Assembly (NCBI GenBank): GCA_002317595.1 | Contig: DCHL01000103.1 | Span: forward strand, 1-53,467 | Reading direction: 5' to 3' | DNA length: 53,467 nt | Origin: Lachnospiraceae bacterium UBA1753 | GTDB lineage: Bacteria > Bacillota > Clostridia > Lachnospirales > Lachnospiraceae | Shown: positions 1-8,199 of the stretch, piece after piece | Layout of the letters: every line of letters starts with the position of its first letter | Position numbering within the stretch: position 1 is the first letter of the stretch | Translations under genes and position numbers: made by a program | Notes under the pieces: model-generated | Told to the model about the DNA's origin: nothing | What the model saw: the letters and a program-made list of their open reading frames with translations, nothing else | The model's database searches: none

Positions 1-996
1 CTTGAGAACCTTGGTGCTTCACCTGAGCCCAACCTTACAGTTCTCTGGTCTCCTCGCCTTCCTGAGGCATGGAAGAGATACTGCGCTAAGATTTCTATCA
101 CAACATCTTCTATCCAGTACGAGAACGATGAGCTTATGAGACCTGTTCACGGTGATGATTACGGTATCGCTTGCTGCGTATCTTCAATGGTTATCGGAAA
201 GCAGATGCAGTTCTTCGGAGCACGTGCTAACCTTGCTAAGTGTATGCTTTACGCTCTCAACGGTGGTGTTGATGAGGTTACAAAGAAGCAGGTTGGACCT
301 AAGTACCGTCCTGTAGAGGGTGAGTACCTTGATTACGATGATGTTATGGCTAAGTTCATGGATATGATGGAGTGGCAGGCAGATGTATATGTTAACACTC
401 TTAACATCATCCACTACATGCATGACAAGTACTGCTATGAGAGAGCTCAGATGGCTCTTCATGACAGAGACGTTCTTCGCTACTTCGCAACAGGTGTTGC
501 TGGACTTTCAATCGTTGCTGACTCACTTTCAGCTATCAAGTATGCTAAGGTTAAGGTTATCCGCGACGAGGATGGCATCATCACAGACTTCGAGACAACT
601 GGCGAGTTCCCTAAGTACGGTAACGATGATGACCGCGTAGACGATATCGCTCAGGAGATCGTTCACAAGTTCATGACAGCTGTAAGACGTCACCATACAT
701 ACAGAAATGGTGTTCCTACAACTTCAATCCTTACAATTACATCTAACGTAACATACGGTAAGGCTACAGGTAACACACCTGACGGACGTAGAAAGGGACA
801 GCCTTTCGCTCCTGGTGCTAACCCGATGCACGGCCGTGATACTCACGGTGCAGTAGCTTCTCTGTCTTCAGTTTCTAAGCTTCCTTACAAGGATGCACAG
901 GATGGTATCTCTAATACCTTCACAATCATCCCTGGAGCTCTTGGAAAAGAGGATCAGGTATTCGCAGGAGACATCGAGATCGATCTTAACAAGTAA
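1..996 (+). CDS. pflB: Pyruvate formate-lyase (formate C-acetyltransferase), large catalytic fragment; 5' end lies outside the window; ORF stops before the glycyl-radical loop
   Basis: Frame 1 is open from nt 1 ([48 protein letters not shown]...). The catalytic Cys-Cys lies in [13 protein letters not shown] (codons 172-177). The sequence is PFL-like up to [14 protein letters not shown], followed by an 11-aa unrelated tail ([11 protein letters not shown]) and TAA at 994-996. This ORF has no RVSGYAV loop. Confidence 0.9.
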   Translation, partial: LENLGASPEPNLTVLWSPRLPEAWKRYCAKISITTSSIQYENDELMRPVHGDDYGIACCVSSMVIGKQMQFFGARANLAKCMLYALNGGVDEVTKKQVGPKYRPVEGEYLDYDDVMAKFMDMMEWQADVYVNTLNIIHYMHDKYCYERAQMALHDRDVLRYFATGVAGLSIVADSLSAIKYAKVKVIRDEDGIITDFETTGEFPKYGNDDDRVDDIAQEIVHKFMTAVRRHHTYRNGVPTTSILTITSNVTYGKATGNTPDGRRKGQPFAPGANPMHGRDTHGAVASLSSVSKLPYKDAQDGISNTFTIIPGALGKEDQVFAGDIEIDLNK

Positions 997-1110
997 TTGA
1001 TCTTTGTTTGATATGTATTATTCCGGCTTCGGAACCAGGCCCCTGTAGGCTTAGCTCTTTTGGGTTCCCGGTTCCGACCCGGCATCGCATATACTTTTGG
1101 AGGTTTTGAC

Positions 1111-1314
1111 ATGGATGAAAAACAGATGGTAGACGATATTGTGGCTATGTTAGACGGTCAGATGTCTAACGGTACCGGCCATGTAAATCTGGACTATTCA
1201 GACAAGGCCGCTTCTGCAAAGAGCGTTGAGACAATGGGATGCGCAGATTGCTCTCGCACACCACTTGCATGCAGTGTTCCAACACTTCATCAGGGTCTTG
1301 ACGATTACAAATAA
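1111..1314 (+). CDS. Small hypothetical protein (67 aa) lying between the two PFL pieces; N-terminus resembles the start of the glycyl-radical fragment, tail contains three Cys
   Basis: ATG at 1111 is preceded by GGAGG (1099-1103, 7-nt spacer) and lies inside track ORF 1060-1314. MDEKQMVDDIVAMLDGQMSNGTGHVNLDY aligns without gaps to [25 protein letters not shown] of the next ORF. The tail GCADCSRTPLACSVP has no radical glycine motif. Confidence 0.5.
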   Translation: MDEKQMVDDIVAMLDGQMSNGTGHVNLDYSDKAASAKSVETMGCADCSRTPLACSVPTLHQGLDDYK

Positions 1315-1333
1315 TTTTTAGGAGGACAAACCA

Positions 1334-1576
1334 ATGGCAGCAAATACACAGCAGGTTGACAACCTGGTAAACTTACTTGATGGCTATTCAAAGAAGGGCG
1401 GCCATCATCTCAACGTAAACGTACTCAACAGAGACACTCTTCTTGATGCACAGGCTCATCCTGAGAAGTATCCTCAGCTTACAATCCGCGTTTCTGGATA
1501 CGCTGTAAACTTCGTTAAGCTTACACCTGAGCAGCAGGCAGACGTTATCTCTCGTACATTCCACGAGGCGATTTAG
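1334..1576 (+). CDS. grcA: Free-standing glycyl-radical domain protein (80 aa, GrcA/YfiD-like), equivalent to the C-terminus of PFL
   Basis: AGGAGG (1320-1325) lies 8 nt before the [62 protein letters not shown] is the canonical PFL/GrcA radical domain. The radical Gly codon is at 1496-1498. Confidence 0.85.
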   Translation: MAANTQQVDNLVNLLDGYSKKGGHHLNVNVLNRDTLLDAQAHPEKYPQLTIRVSGYAVNFVKLTPEQQADVISRTFHEAI

Positions 1577-1608
1577 TTAAGCTACAAGCCATGCACCCAA
1601 GCATGGAT

Positions 1609-1646
1609 AACGCCCTCCGAGCTTGCTCGAGAGGGCGTTTATTTAT
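1609..1646 (+). terminator. Rho-independent terminator-like hairpin after the glycyl-radical gene
   Basis: AACGCCCTCCGAGC-TT-GCTCGAGAGGGCGTT (about 14 bp with one bulge) is followed by TATTTATGCTT. A second 6-bp hairpin, CCATGC-ACCCAA-GCATGG, sits just upstream (1589-1606). Confidence 0.6.
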
Positions 1647-1775
1647 GCTTGGGTATACGGCGACAGCCGTCTACGAAGCAGACGCATGTCTGCGAGTAGG
1701 GCATGGCGCAGTTGCTCGAAAAAGCGGTTTATTTTTGCTTTGTCATTCGGCGACAGCCGTCTACGAAGCAGACGC
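1621..1775. repeat. Tandem direct repeat, two copies with 90-nt period, in the grcA-like/pflA spacer
   Basis: Copy 1 (1621-1685) and copy 2 (1711-1775) are similar throughout. They share an identical 28-mer, CGGCGACAGCCGTCTACGAAGCAGACGC, at 1658-1685 and 1748-1775. Each core contains the hairpin CGTCT-ACGAAGC-AGACG. Confidence 0.7.
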
Positions 1776-1801
1776 TTATGCTTTTCAGAAAGGGTAATAA
1801 G

Positions 1802-2572
1802 ATGGCATTAAAAGGACGTATTCATTCTCTCGAAAGTTTTGGTACAGTTGATGGACCCGGAACAAGATTCGTAGTCTTCTTTCAGGGCTGCCCCATGAGA
1901 TGCAAATACTGTCATAATCCTGACACTTGGCCACTTGATGGCGGCACAGAGATGACAGTTGATGAAATCATCACACAGTACAAGCGCAACGAGAGTTTTT
2001 ACGAGAATAAGGGTGGTCTCACTACAACAGGTGGCGAGCCTATGATGCAGCTCGATTTTCTTATCGAACTATATGAGGAGTGTCATAAGAGAGGCATCCA
2101 TACCTGTCTTGATACTTCCGGAATAGCTTTCAACCCTGACAGTGAGACAAACGTCGAGAAGGTTACTCGCCTTCTCAAATCAACAGACCTGATTATGCTT
2201 GATATAAAGCATATAGATCCTGAGCTTCACTACGACCTCTGCAAACAGAAGAATTCAAATATTCTTAAGTTTGCCCAGTTTGCATCAGACCAGGGTGTTG
2301 AGATCTGGATTCGACATGTAATTGTTCCCGGACTCACAGATGACCCTGTATATCTTGAGAAGCTTGGATATTTTATCGGTGGACTTAAAACACTCAAGGC
2401 TCTTGACGCACTTCCCTATCACACAATGGGAGAGGTCAAGTACGAGAAGATTGGTATGGAGTACCCACTCAAGGGGGTTCCTGCAATGGATCAGAGCACT
2501 CTGCTTGAGAAGAAGAAGTTCATCCTCGAAGGAATCAAGAAAAGACGTGCTGAAGATAATGCAAACGCATAA
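1802..2572 (+). CDS. pflA: Pyruvate formate-lyase activating enzyme (radical SAM)
   Basis: MALKGRIHSLESFGTVDGPGTRFVVFFQGCPMRCKYCHNPD carries the CxxxCxxC radical SAM cluster motif and the PflA-typical N-terminus. The track ORF 1703-2572 starts inside the repeat region, so ATG 1802 is the likelier start. Confidence 0.9.
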   Translation: MALKGRIHSLESFGTVDGPGTRFVVFFQGCPMRCKYCHNPDTWPLDGGTEMTVDEIITQYKRNESFYENKGGLTTTGGEPMMQLDFLIELYEECHKRGIHTCLDTSGIAFNPDSETNVEKVTRLLKSTDLIMLDIKHIDPELHYDLCKQKNSNILKFAQFASDQGVEIWIRHVIVPGLTDDPVYLEKLGYFIGGLKTLKALDALPYHTMGEVKYEKIGMEYPLKGVPAMDQSTLLEKKKFILEGIKKRRAEDNANA

Positions 2573-2601
2573 TTGATTTATTCGAAAAAATATATTACAA
2601 T
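2573..2601 (+). promoter_or_regulatory. Sigma-70-type promoter for the ferredoxin gene
   Basis: TTGATT (2573-2578), a 17-nt spacer, then TACAAT (2596-2601), about 60 nt upstream of the ferredoxin ATG. Confidence 0.5.
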
Positions 2602-2664
2602 ATTTTTCATTGAAGCAGACTGTACTAACAGTCCTAATCTTACTTTTGAAAGGAGAACTGAATT

Positions 2665-2835
2665 ATGGCACATGTTATTTCTGACGCTTGTGTAGCTTGT
2701 GGCGCTTGCGCTTCTGATTGTCCTGTTGGAGCAATCGCTATGGGCGATGGCAAGTATGAGATCGACGCTGATACATGTATCGATTGTGGCGCATGTGAGG
2801 GTGCTTGCCCTACAGGCTCAATCTCAGCTGAGTAA
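2665..2835 (+). CDS. fdx: Clostridial-type 2x[4Fe-4S] ferredoxin (56 aa); absent from the ORF track because it is under 60 aa
   Basis: AGGAG (2651-2655) precedes ATG 2665. MAHVISDACVACGACASDCPVGAIAMGDGKYEIDADTCIDCGACEGACPTGSISAE has two CxxCxxCxxxCP motifs. TAA is at 2833-2835. Confidence 0.85.
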   Translation: MAHVISDACVACGACASDCPVGAIAMGDGKYEIDADTCIDCGACEGACPTGSISAE

Positions 2836-2860
2836 TCATATTATTATCAAGCAATTTTAG

Positions 2861-2897
2861 AAGGGGCTGTCGCATCAATTTGCGACAGCCCCTTTTT
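2861..2897. terminator. Bidirectional terminator hairpin between convergent ferredoxin and dnaB genes
   Basis: AAGGGGCTGTCGCA-TCAATT-TGCGACAGCCCCTT is a perfect 14-bp stem, followed by TTTTCA on the plus strand. Confidence 0.75.
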
Positions 2898-2916
2898 CAC
2901 GCAACAGCGATTTTTA

Positions 2917-4269
2917 CTATCCTTTAATATCCTTACGCTCGATAGAACCAAACTTAGTATATTCAGCACGCCAAACAAGAGAAATCTCACCAGTTGAACC
3001 ATTTCTATGCTTTGCTATGATAATATCTGCAATTCCCTTACGGTCTGTATCTGGCTTGTAATAATCCTCTCTGTATATGAACATTACGATATCGGCATCC
3101 TGCTCAATTGCACCAGACTCACGAAGGTCTGAAAGAACCGGCTTATGGTCAGGTCTTGAATCAACTGCTCGGGACAGCTGTGACAGCGCAATAACAGGGA
3201 TGTTGAGTTCTCTGGCCAATACCTTAAGCCCTCTTGAAATCTCAGCAATCTCGTTCTGTCTTGAGTCGCTTGCACGGCCCCTTCCCTGCATGAGCTGAAG
3301 GTAATCAATTACAATCAGGTCCAGTCCCTGCTCAAACTTCATCTTCCTGCATCTGGATCTCAGTTCGTTGACTGTAATACCGGGCCTGTCGCATATCATA
3401 AGGTTGGACTTTCCGATCACGCCACCACTCTCTACAATTTTATCCCAATCAGTGTCAGAGAGGTTTCCAGTCTTCATCATTCTTGAATTAACAGTTGCGT
3501 TCATTGCAATAAGTCTGTTAACAAGCTGCTCCTTACCCATCTCAAGACTGAATACCGCTACTGAATAATTCTTCTTAAAGCATGCATATTCTGCAATATT
3601 CAGGGCAAATGCCGTCTTACCCATAGCAGGTCTGGCAGCTATAAGAATAAGGTCAGAGCGCTGAAATCCAGCAAGCATGTTGTCAAGGTCGATGAATCCA
3701 GACGGAATTCCAGTGACATTGCCCACAGTCTTTGATGCCTTCTGAATATTATCAAGAGTGTTCATGACAATCTGGCCGATTGGAACGATGTCATCATCCC
3801 CGCGCCCCTGGAGCAGCGCGAAGATATCACTCTCAGCATCATTGAGAACCTTGTTAGTATCCTCTTCAGAAGCATATCCATCATCTGCGATCCGCTCTGC
3901 AGTCTTAATCAGCCTACGACGAAGAGACCTGTCTGATACAATATTGCAGTACTGCTTGTAATTTGCAGAGGTTGGTGTGTTCTCAAGAATCTGACTGATA
4001 AAACCTATCTCACACACCTCGGGCGGAGCCTGCTTCTCTCTAAGCTTAGCCTGAAGAGTAACATAGTCGACGTCCCTACGCTCGTAGTTCAGGTCTGCAA
4101 TGGCGCTGAAGAGAAGACCGTACTGCTTGAGGTAGAAATCCTCTTCCTTAAGATGCTCAACAGCATAGAGCAGAGCCTCCTCATCCATAAGCATGGATCC
4201 GATGGTAGCACTCTCAGCTTCTTTATCATATGGAATTTTGCGTGTAATTAAACTGGCATTAGCATCCAT
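2917..4269 (-). CDS. dnaB: Replicative DNA helicase (DnaB family; DnaC in Bacillus nomenclature)
   Basis: 450 aa. Walker A is ARPAMGKTAFALN. DYLQLM, SQLSRAVDSRPDHKP and the N-terminal PYDKEAESATIGSML are DnaB hallmarks. Conserved position downstream of rplI. Confidence 0.95.
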   Translation of the reverse strand: MDANASLITRKIPYDKEAESATIGSMLMDEEALLYAVEHLKEEDFYLKQYGLLFSAIADLNYERRDVDYVTLQAKLREKQAPPEVCEIGFISQILENTPTSANYKQYCNIVSDRSLRRRLIKTAERIADDGYASEEDTNKVLNDAESDIFALLQGRGDDDIVPIGQIVMNTLDNIQKASKTVGNVTGIPSGFIDLDNMLAGFQRSDLILIAARPAMGKTAFALNIAEYACFKKNYSVAVFSLEMGKEQLVNRLIAMNATVNSRMMKTGNLSDTDWDKIVESGGVIGKSNLMICDRPGITVNELRSRCRKMKFEQGLDLIVIDYLQLMQGRGRASDSRQNEIAEISRGLKVLARELNIPVIALSQLSRAVDSRPDHKPVLSDLRESGAIEQDADIVMFIYREDYYKPDTDRKGIADIIIAKHRNGSTGEISLVWRAEYTKFGSIERKDIKG

Positions 4270-4274
4270 ACAAA

Positions 4275-4721
4275 CTACTCTTCCTCTACCTTAACTGAGA
4301 GACTTGCTGACACCTGAGGGTGAAGCTTAACTGTTACCTTATATACTCCAAGACTCTTGATGGGCTCATCAAGTGTAATCTTCTTCTTATCGATATCAAG
4401 ATCAAACTGATCCTTAGCTGCAACAGCAATTTCCTTTGAGGATACTGAACCAAAGCTCTTTCCATCCTTGCCAGTCTTAATCTTGCATACTACAGTCGTT
4501 GACTCAACAACCTTGGCATATTCCTTTGCATCTGCCAGCTTCTGTGCAGCAACCTTATCATCATTAGCCTTCTTAAGCTTGATGTCATTGAGGTTCTTAG
4601 GTGTTGCCTCAAGTCCTAATTTTTTCTTAATGATGAAATTGCGGGCATATCCCTCATTGACTTCAACAATCTCATCCTTCTTACCAAGTGACTTTACGTC
4701 CTCAAGTAAAATTACTTTCAT
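4275..4721 (-). CDS. rplI: 50S ribosomal protein L9
   Basis: [36 protein letters not shown] is the L9 N-terminus. GGAAGGAG lies 9 nt before the ATG at 4721. The longer track ORF start (4742) overlaps gdpP. Confidence 0.9.
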   Translation of the reverse strand: MKVILLEDVKSLGKKDEIVEVNEGYARNFIIKKKLGLEATPKNLNDIKLKKANDDKVAAQKLADAKEYAKVVESTTVVCKIKTGKDGKSFGSVSSKEIAVAAKDQFDLDIDKKKITLDEPIKSLGVYKVTVKLHPQVSASLSVKVEEE

Positions 4722-4722
4722 A

Positions 4723-6789
4723 CTATATTTCTCCTTCCTCAATCATAGAATCTAATACTTCTTTCAGGATATCCACTACCTCATCAGGTGAATGACCCTC
4801 AATCTGTGCACCGGCAATATTCATGTGACCACCGCCGCCAAGCTTCTCCATTACAATCTGGACGTTGATTTCGTCGATGGATCTGGCTGATATGAATACC
4901 TTGCCCTGGTACTGTGTCATTATGAATGATGCCTTGACGGAATTGATATTTAGCAGCTCATTTGCAGCCTGTGCTCCAACAACGGTCGGTGAATCAATTC
5001 CCTCAGATGGCAGTATCGAAATGGCAAATTCGTCCCTATACAGCTCAGCCCTACGCACAGCCTCTGCCCTTGCCTTATAATCCGTAACATCATCCCTGAA
5101 TATTTTCCTTACACGAGTGACATCGGCGCCATTCCTTCTCAGGAAAGCGGCAGCCTCAAATGTACGCACACCGGTCTTTGTCATGAAATTATTCGTATCA
5201 ATCATAATTCCAGCATACAGACAGTCAGCCTCAACGCTCTTCAGCTTAATATTGTCACCAATATACTGAAGAATCTCAGCAACCATCTCACACGCACTCG
5301 ATGCATAGGGCTCAATATAGGACAGCGATGCATTCTCAATTCGCTCCGAGCTCTGTCTGTGATGATCAAGAACAACTATTGTCTTGCACATGTTAAGCAG
5401 TTCGGGGCACTCCGTAATGCCCGGCCTGTTTGTATCAACAACTACAAGAGCTGTAGTTGAATCCACCAGCGATATCGCTTCGCCTGAATTTATGATGATT
5501 CCCTCTTCATAATCAGGACTGTCAACAAAGTCATCCATCATCGCCCTGATTGAAGTAGTGACCTCGTTAATTACTATATTACATTTCTTGCCCAAAAATT
5601 TGGACGCCCTGAAGATACCCACAGCAGAACCAAAGGAATCGACATCGGATATCGAGTGGCCCATTACAATTACACGCTCCTTGCTCTCAATTATTTCCCT
5701 GAGTGCATGTGCCTTGACTCTTGCCTTCACGCGTGTGCTCTTTTCAACCTGCTGGCTCTTTCCACCATAATAGGTTATCTTCTCAGGAGTCTTGACCACT
5801 ACCTGGTCGCCGCCACGTCCAAGCGCAAGGTCGATGGCAGTCTTAGCATATGAAGCACTCTCAAGGAACGAAGGAGCATCCACACCAAATCCCATACTGA
5901 GCGTCACTGTAATCATACCACTGCCAAGACTTACATTTTTTACATCCTCAAGCAGACTGAACTTCTCAGCACACATTTCATCGTATGCCTTTCTCTTCAT
6001 GACAAAGAAATACTTGTCTGTTTCAGTCCTTCTCACTATTGCATCGTATGAAGAAAAATACTTGTTTACACGCCTCTCAATGAGTGCTCCAAGCAGAGAT
6101 CTCCTGACCTCCTCTATAGTCTCAAGCACCTCATCGTAGTTATCAATATAAATCACACCAGACACCAGTGTCTCATCCCTGTACCTGCGGATGTATTCAT
6201 TAAGTTCAGTCTCATCAAACAGAATCATGGCAATGAGGGAGCCCTCAAAAATCCCTCCTCCTGACAGAACACTGTGCCCTGCAAGGTTCTTCATGTTGAG
6301 CTTTCTCAGATTGGCCCTGAAGTCGCTTCCCTCATAGGAAAACTCAAAATCCACCGCTTCATCCGTTGTGGGAAGCTTATCCTTTGTAAGTTCAGGAACG
6401 AGGCTTGTTACTGATTTTTTGAAAAAATTATCCTTCTTAAATACTGTAGCGAAGGCCTCATTCTGCCAGACAAATCTGCCCGAATCATCAAGCAGGGCAT
6501 ATGGAAGGTCAAATTCCTTGAGGAGCTGTCTCTGTACCTGACCATAACTCGTCGCAAAGTCCATCAGCCCATACATGATTGCTGACTTTGATGAAAAATA
6601 TAATGCCGCCGCAATGATTATATACAGGAGTGCTATTCCGCCGACAATAATTCCGGCCTTTGGACTGTACAGGAAAGCCGCCAGTGTCATTATCACCGGC
6701 AGAATTCCAAGATATATCGGCCACAAAATATATGTGTTTAGCCGTCCTCTAACTTTTGCTCTCTTATTACTCATCATAATCCCCCACAA
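4723..6789 (-). CDS. gdpP: Membrane-anchored DHH/DHHA1 phosphodiesterase of the GdpP/YybT type (cyclic-di-AMP phosphodiesterase)
   Basis: Two N-terminal TM helices and a PAS-like region, then a degenerate GGDEF-like region. The DHH motif is VVLDHHRQS and the DHHA1 motif is [12 protein letters not shown]. Conserved gdpP-rplI-dnaB order. The start could be one of the Met codons within the first 6 residues. Confidence 0.85.
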   Translation of the reverse strand: MWGIMMSNKRAKVRGRLNTYILWPIYLGILPVIMTLAAFLYSPKAGIIVGGIALLYIIIAAALYFSSKSAIMYGLMDFATSYGQVQRQLLKEFDLPYALLDDSGRFVWQNEAFATVFKKDNFFKKSVTSLVPELTKDKLPTTDEAVDFEFSYEGSDFRANLRKLNMKNLAGHSVLSGGGIFEGSLIAMILFDETELNEYIRRYRDETLVSGVIYIDNYDEVLETIEEVRRSLLGALIERRVNKYFSSYDAIVRRTETDKYFFVMKRKAYDEMCAEKFSLLEDVKNVSLGSGMITVTLSMGFGVDAPSFLESASYAKTAIDLALGRGGDQVVVKTPEKITYYGGKSQQVEKSTRVKARVKAHALREIIESKERVIVMGHSISDVDSFGSAVGIFRASKFLGKKCNIVINEVTTSIRAMMDDFVDSPDYEEGIIINSGEAISLVDSTTALVVVDTNRPGITECPELLNMCKTIVVLDHHRQSSERIENASLSYIEPYASSACEMVAEILQYIGDNIKLKSVEADCLYAGIMIDTNNFMTKTGVRTFEAAAFLRRNGADVTRVRKIFRDDVTDYKARAEAVRRAELYRDEFAISILPSEGIDSPTVVGAQAANELLNINSVKASFIMTQYQGKVFISARSIDEINVQIVMEKLGGGGHMNIAGAQIEGHSPDEVVDILKEVLDSMIEEGEI

Positions 6790-6812
6790 TTCAGGCTATA
6801 TTGATATCAACA

Positions 6813-7571
6813 TCAATAGCTCTGCAGGTATACCTTCTCGGTCTTGATAAATTCACTGACACGCTCCATCTCGAGGTTGGTGTCCATCAGTTCTCCCTCT
6901 TCCGAAAACATTGGATGTACCATTATCTCAGCCAGCGCCCCTTCTGGCAGCTGACTATAATATCCAGCGAAGTCCTGAAATGAACCAAAGAATTCTGTCG
7001 TTGTGACGCCTAGCTTCTTCAACCTTCCATTGTAGTAATCCTTATATAATCTGTTGAAGGCTCCCGGCTTAACATCGAACATATTTCTTCCGAGGCGAAC
7101 AGACTTGAATCCATATTTTTTGAAAATGGGTTCTGCTGCCTTCCACACCGATAAATCTGTATGGACATGGTGGTGTGAATCCAGATGCTTTTCAGGAAGT
7201 CCAAAACTCAGATATCTTCGTATCTGCGCCTCAATCTCCTCTGCCACGGCCTTACTCTCTGCAGGACTCAAAATAAGCCTTGATTTTGTGGAACGGTGGA
7301 ATCCAGCGTGGAACTCACCCTTGCCATCGCAGAATGTTCTCATCGACTTAATCGTGCCTGTAAGAGGAACTCCCGCCGTGAGATTGAGATGCAGGCCTAC
7401 TTTGTCAAGAAAGCCTTCCCTCTCGGCCATCGCAGCAGCATCTGCAGCATAGGGCATATTAACCATCAGCGTAGTATTCGTAATTATCCCTTTTTCAAAG
7501 CTGAGACGAATGGCATCATTGACATCTTCACTGATTCCAAAGTCATCAGCATTAATTATTGCTCGAACCAA
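6813..7571 (-). CDS. YdjC/ChbG-family carbohydrate deacetylase
   Basis: INADDFGIS, GLHLNLT and LDSHHHVH motifs. The likely TTG start at 7571 has GGAGAG 9 nt upstream. The N-terminal 38 residues of the track ORF look non-protein-like. Confidence 0.7.
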   Translation of the reverse strand: MVRAIINADDFGISEDVNDAIRLSFEKGIITNTTLMVNMPYAADAAAMAEREGFLDKVGLHLNLTAGVPLTGTIKSMRTFCDGKGEFHAGFHRSTKSRLILSPAESKAVAEEIEAQIRRYLSFGLPEKHLDSHHHVHTDLSVWKAAEPIFKKYGFKSVRLGRNMFDVKPGAFNRLYKDYYNGRLKKLGVTTTEFFGSFQDFAGYYSQLPEGALAEIMVHPMFSEEGELMDTNLEMERVSEFIKTEKVYLQSY

Positions 7572-7697
7572 ACTAACAACCTCTCCGATATTGTTTCTGC
7601 ACAGAAACCGATTTGGATTTATTTTACCACACAACACACAAAAATACACATAAAAAAACACCCCGGCGTCACAGCCAGGGTGCATTATAAATCATTT

Positions 7698-8024
7698 CTA
7701 CTTGAAGAGTTCATCCATATACTCAGATGCTGCTTCCATATCCTTCTCAGAAATTGCGTCCTTCTTGAGGATTGTCTTTCTTGACATCATTCCGATTGCA
7801 AGGACTGCTGCAATTGCGCCAACATAGAGAACAAAGCTGTATGTACCTGCTTCCATCATTCCGTTTGCAAGGGGAACTTCCTCATCCTCAATGATTGTAA
7901 ACTCATATGTACTTGAAGACTCAAGCTGCTTCTCATTTTCATTCTGTGCAAATGCTGTGATGCTGAGCATCAGTGCAAACATAAGTGCAAGAACTGAAAT
8001 AACTGCAATAATTCTTTTCTTCAT
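7698..8024 (-). CDS. Small secreted/membrane protein of unknown function (108 aa)
   Basis: GAGAGG lies 6 nt before the ATG. It has a signal peptide (MKKRIIAVISVLALMFALMLSITAFA), a second hydrophobic segment near the C-terminus and an acidic tail. Confidence 0.6.
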   Translation of the reverse strand: MKKRIIAVISVLALMFALMLSITAFAQNENEKQLESSSTYEFTIIEDEEVPLANGMMEAGTYSFVLYVGAIAAVLAIGMMSRKTILKKDAISEKDMEAASEYMDELFK

Positions 8025-8199
8025 AACTTACCTCTCATCTATCTTTTCCGCAAATCAATACGGGAAACAACTCGTTTTCAATAATAATGACACCGCTGGA
8101 TCCTAAAAAGGTTCATTTTTTTATAAAAAATATTATTTTCATCGTTTTTATTATATAATAGTAATCATATTTTACTAGAATTTCGGGAGAAGATAAATA

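Noticed and set aside
960-1356. The roughly 397-nt segment splitting pflB as a self-splicing group I intron or a translational bypass element.
   Set aside because: The position would allow an upstream exon ending in U and an insert ending in G. Against it, I could not find an internal guide sequence pairing with the exon end, or a P7/G-binding core. The insert carries an in-frame stop, and both downstream ORFs have strong Shine-Dalgarno plus ATG signals, which fits independent translation. It is too long for a gene-60-type hop. It is not fully excluded without a covariance-model search or cDNA.
1591-1811. Small ORFs 1591-1797 and 1623-1811, and the long version of pflA starting at 1703.
   Set aside because: They lie entirely in the tandem repeat and terminator spacer. 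Their peptide sequences are repeat-derived and no Shine-Dalgarno is present. PflA homology begins at the Met encoded at 1802.
8025-8199. An invertible promoter (inverton) or riboswitch in the AT-rich spacer upstream of the GGDEF/sigma operon.
   Set aside because: I found no flanking inverted repeats long enough for a recombinase site and no recognisable riboswitch core. There is only a weak hairpin (TTTCCG...CGGGAAA) and a plausible TATAAT at 8154-8159 with a poor -35.
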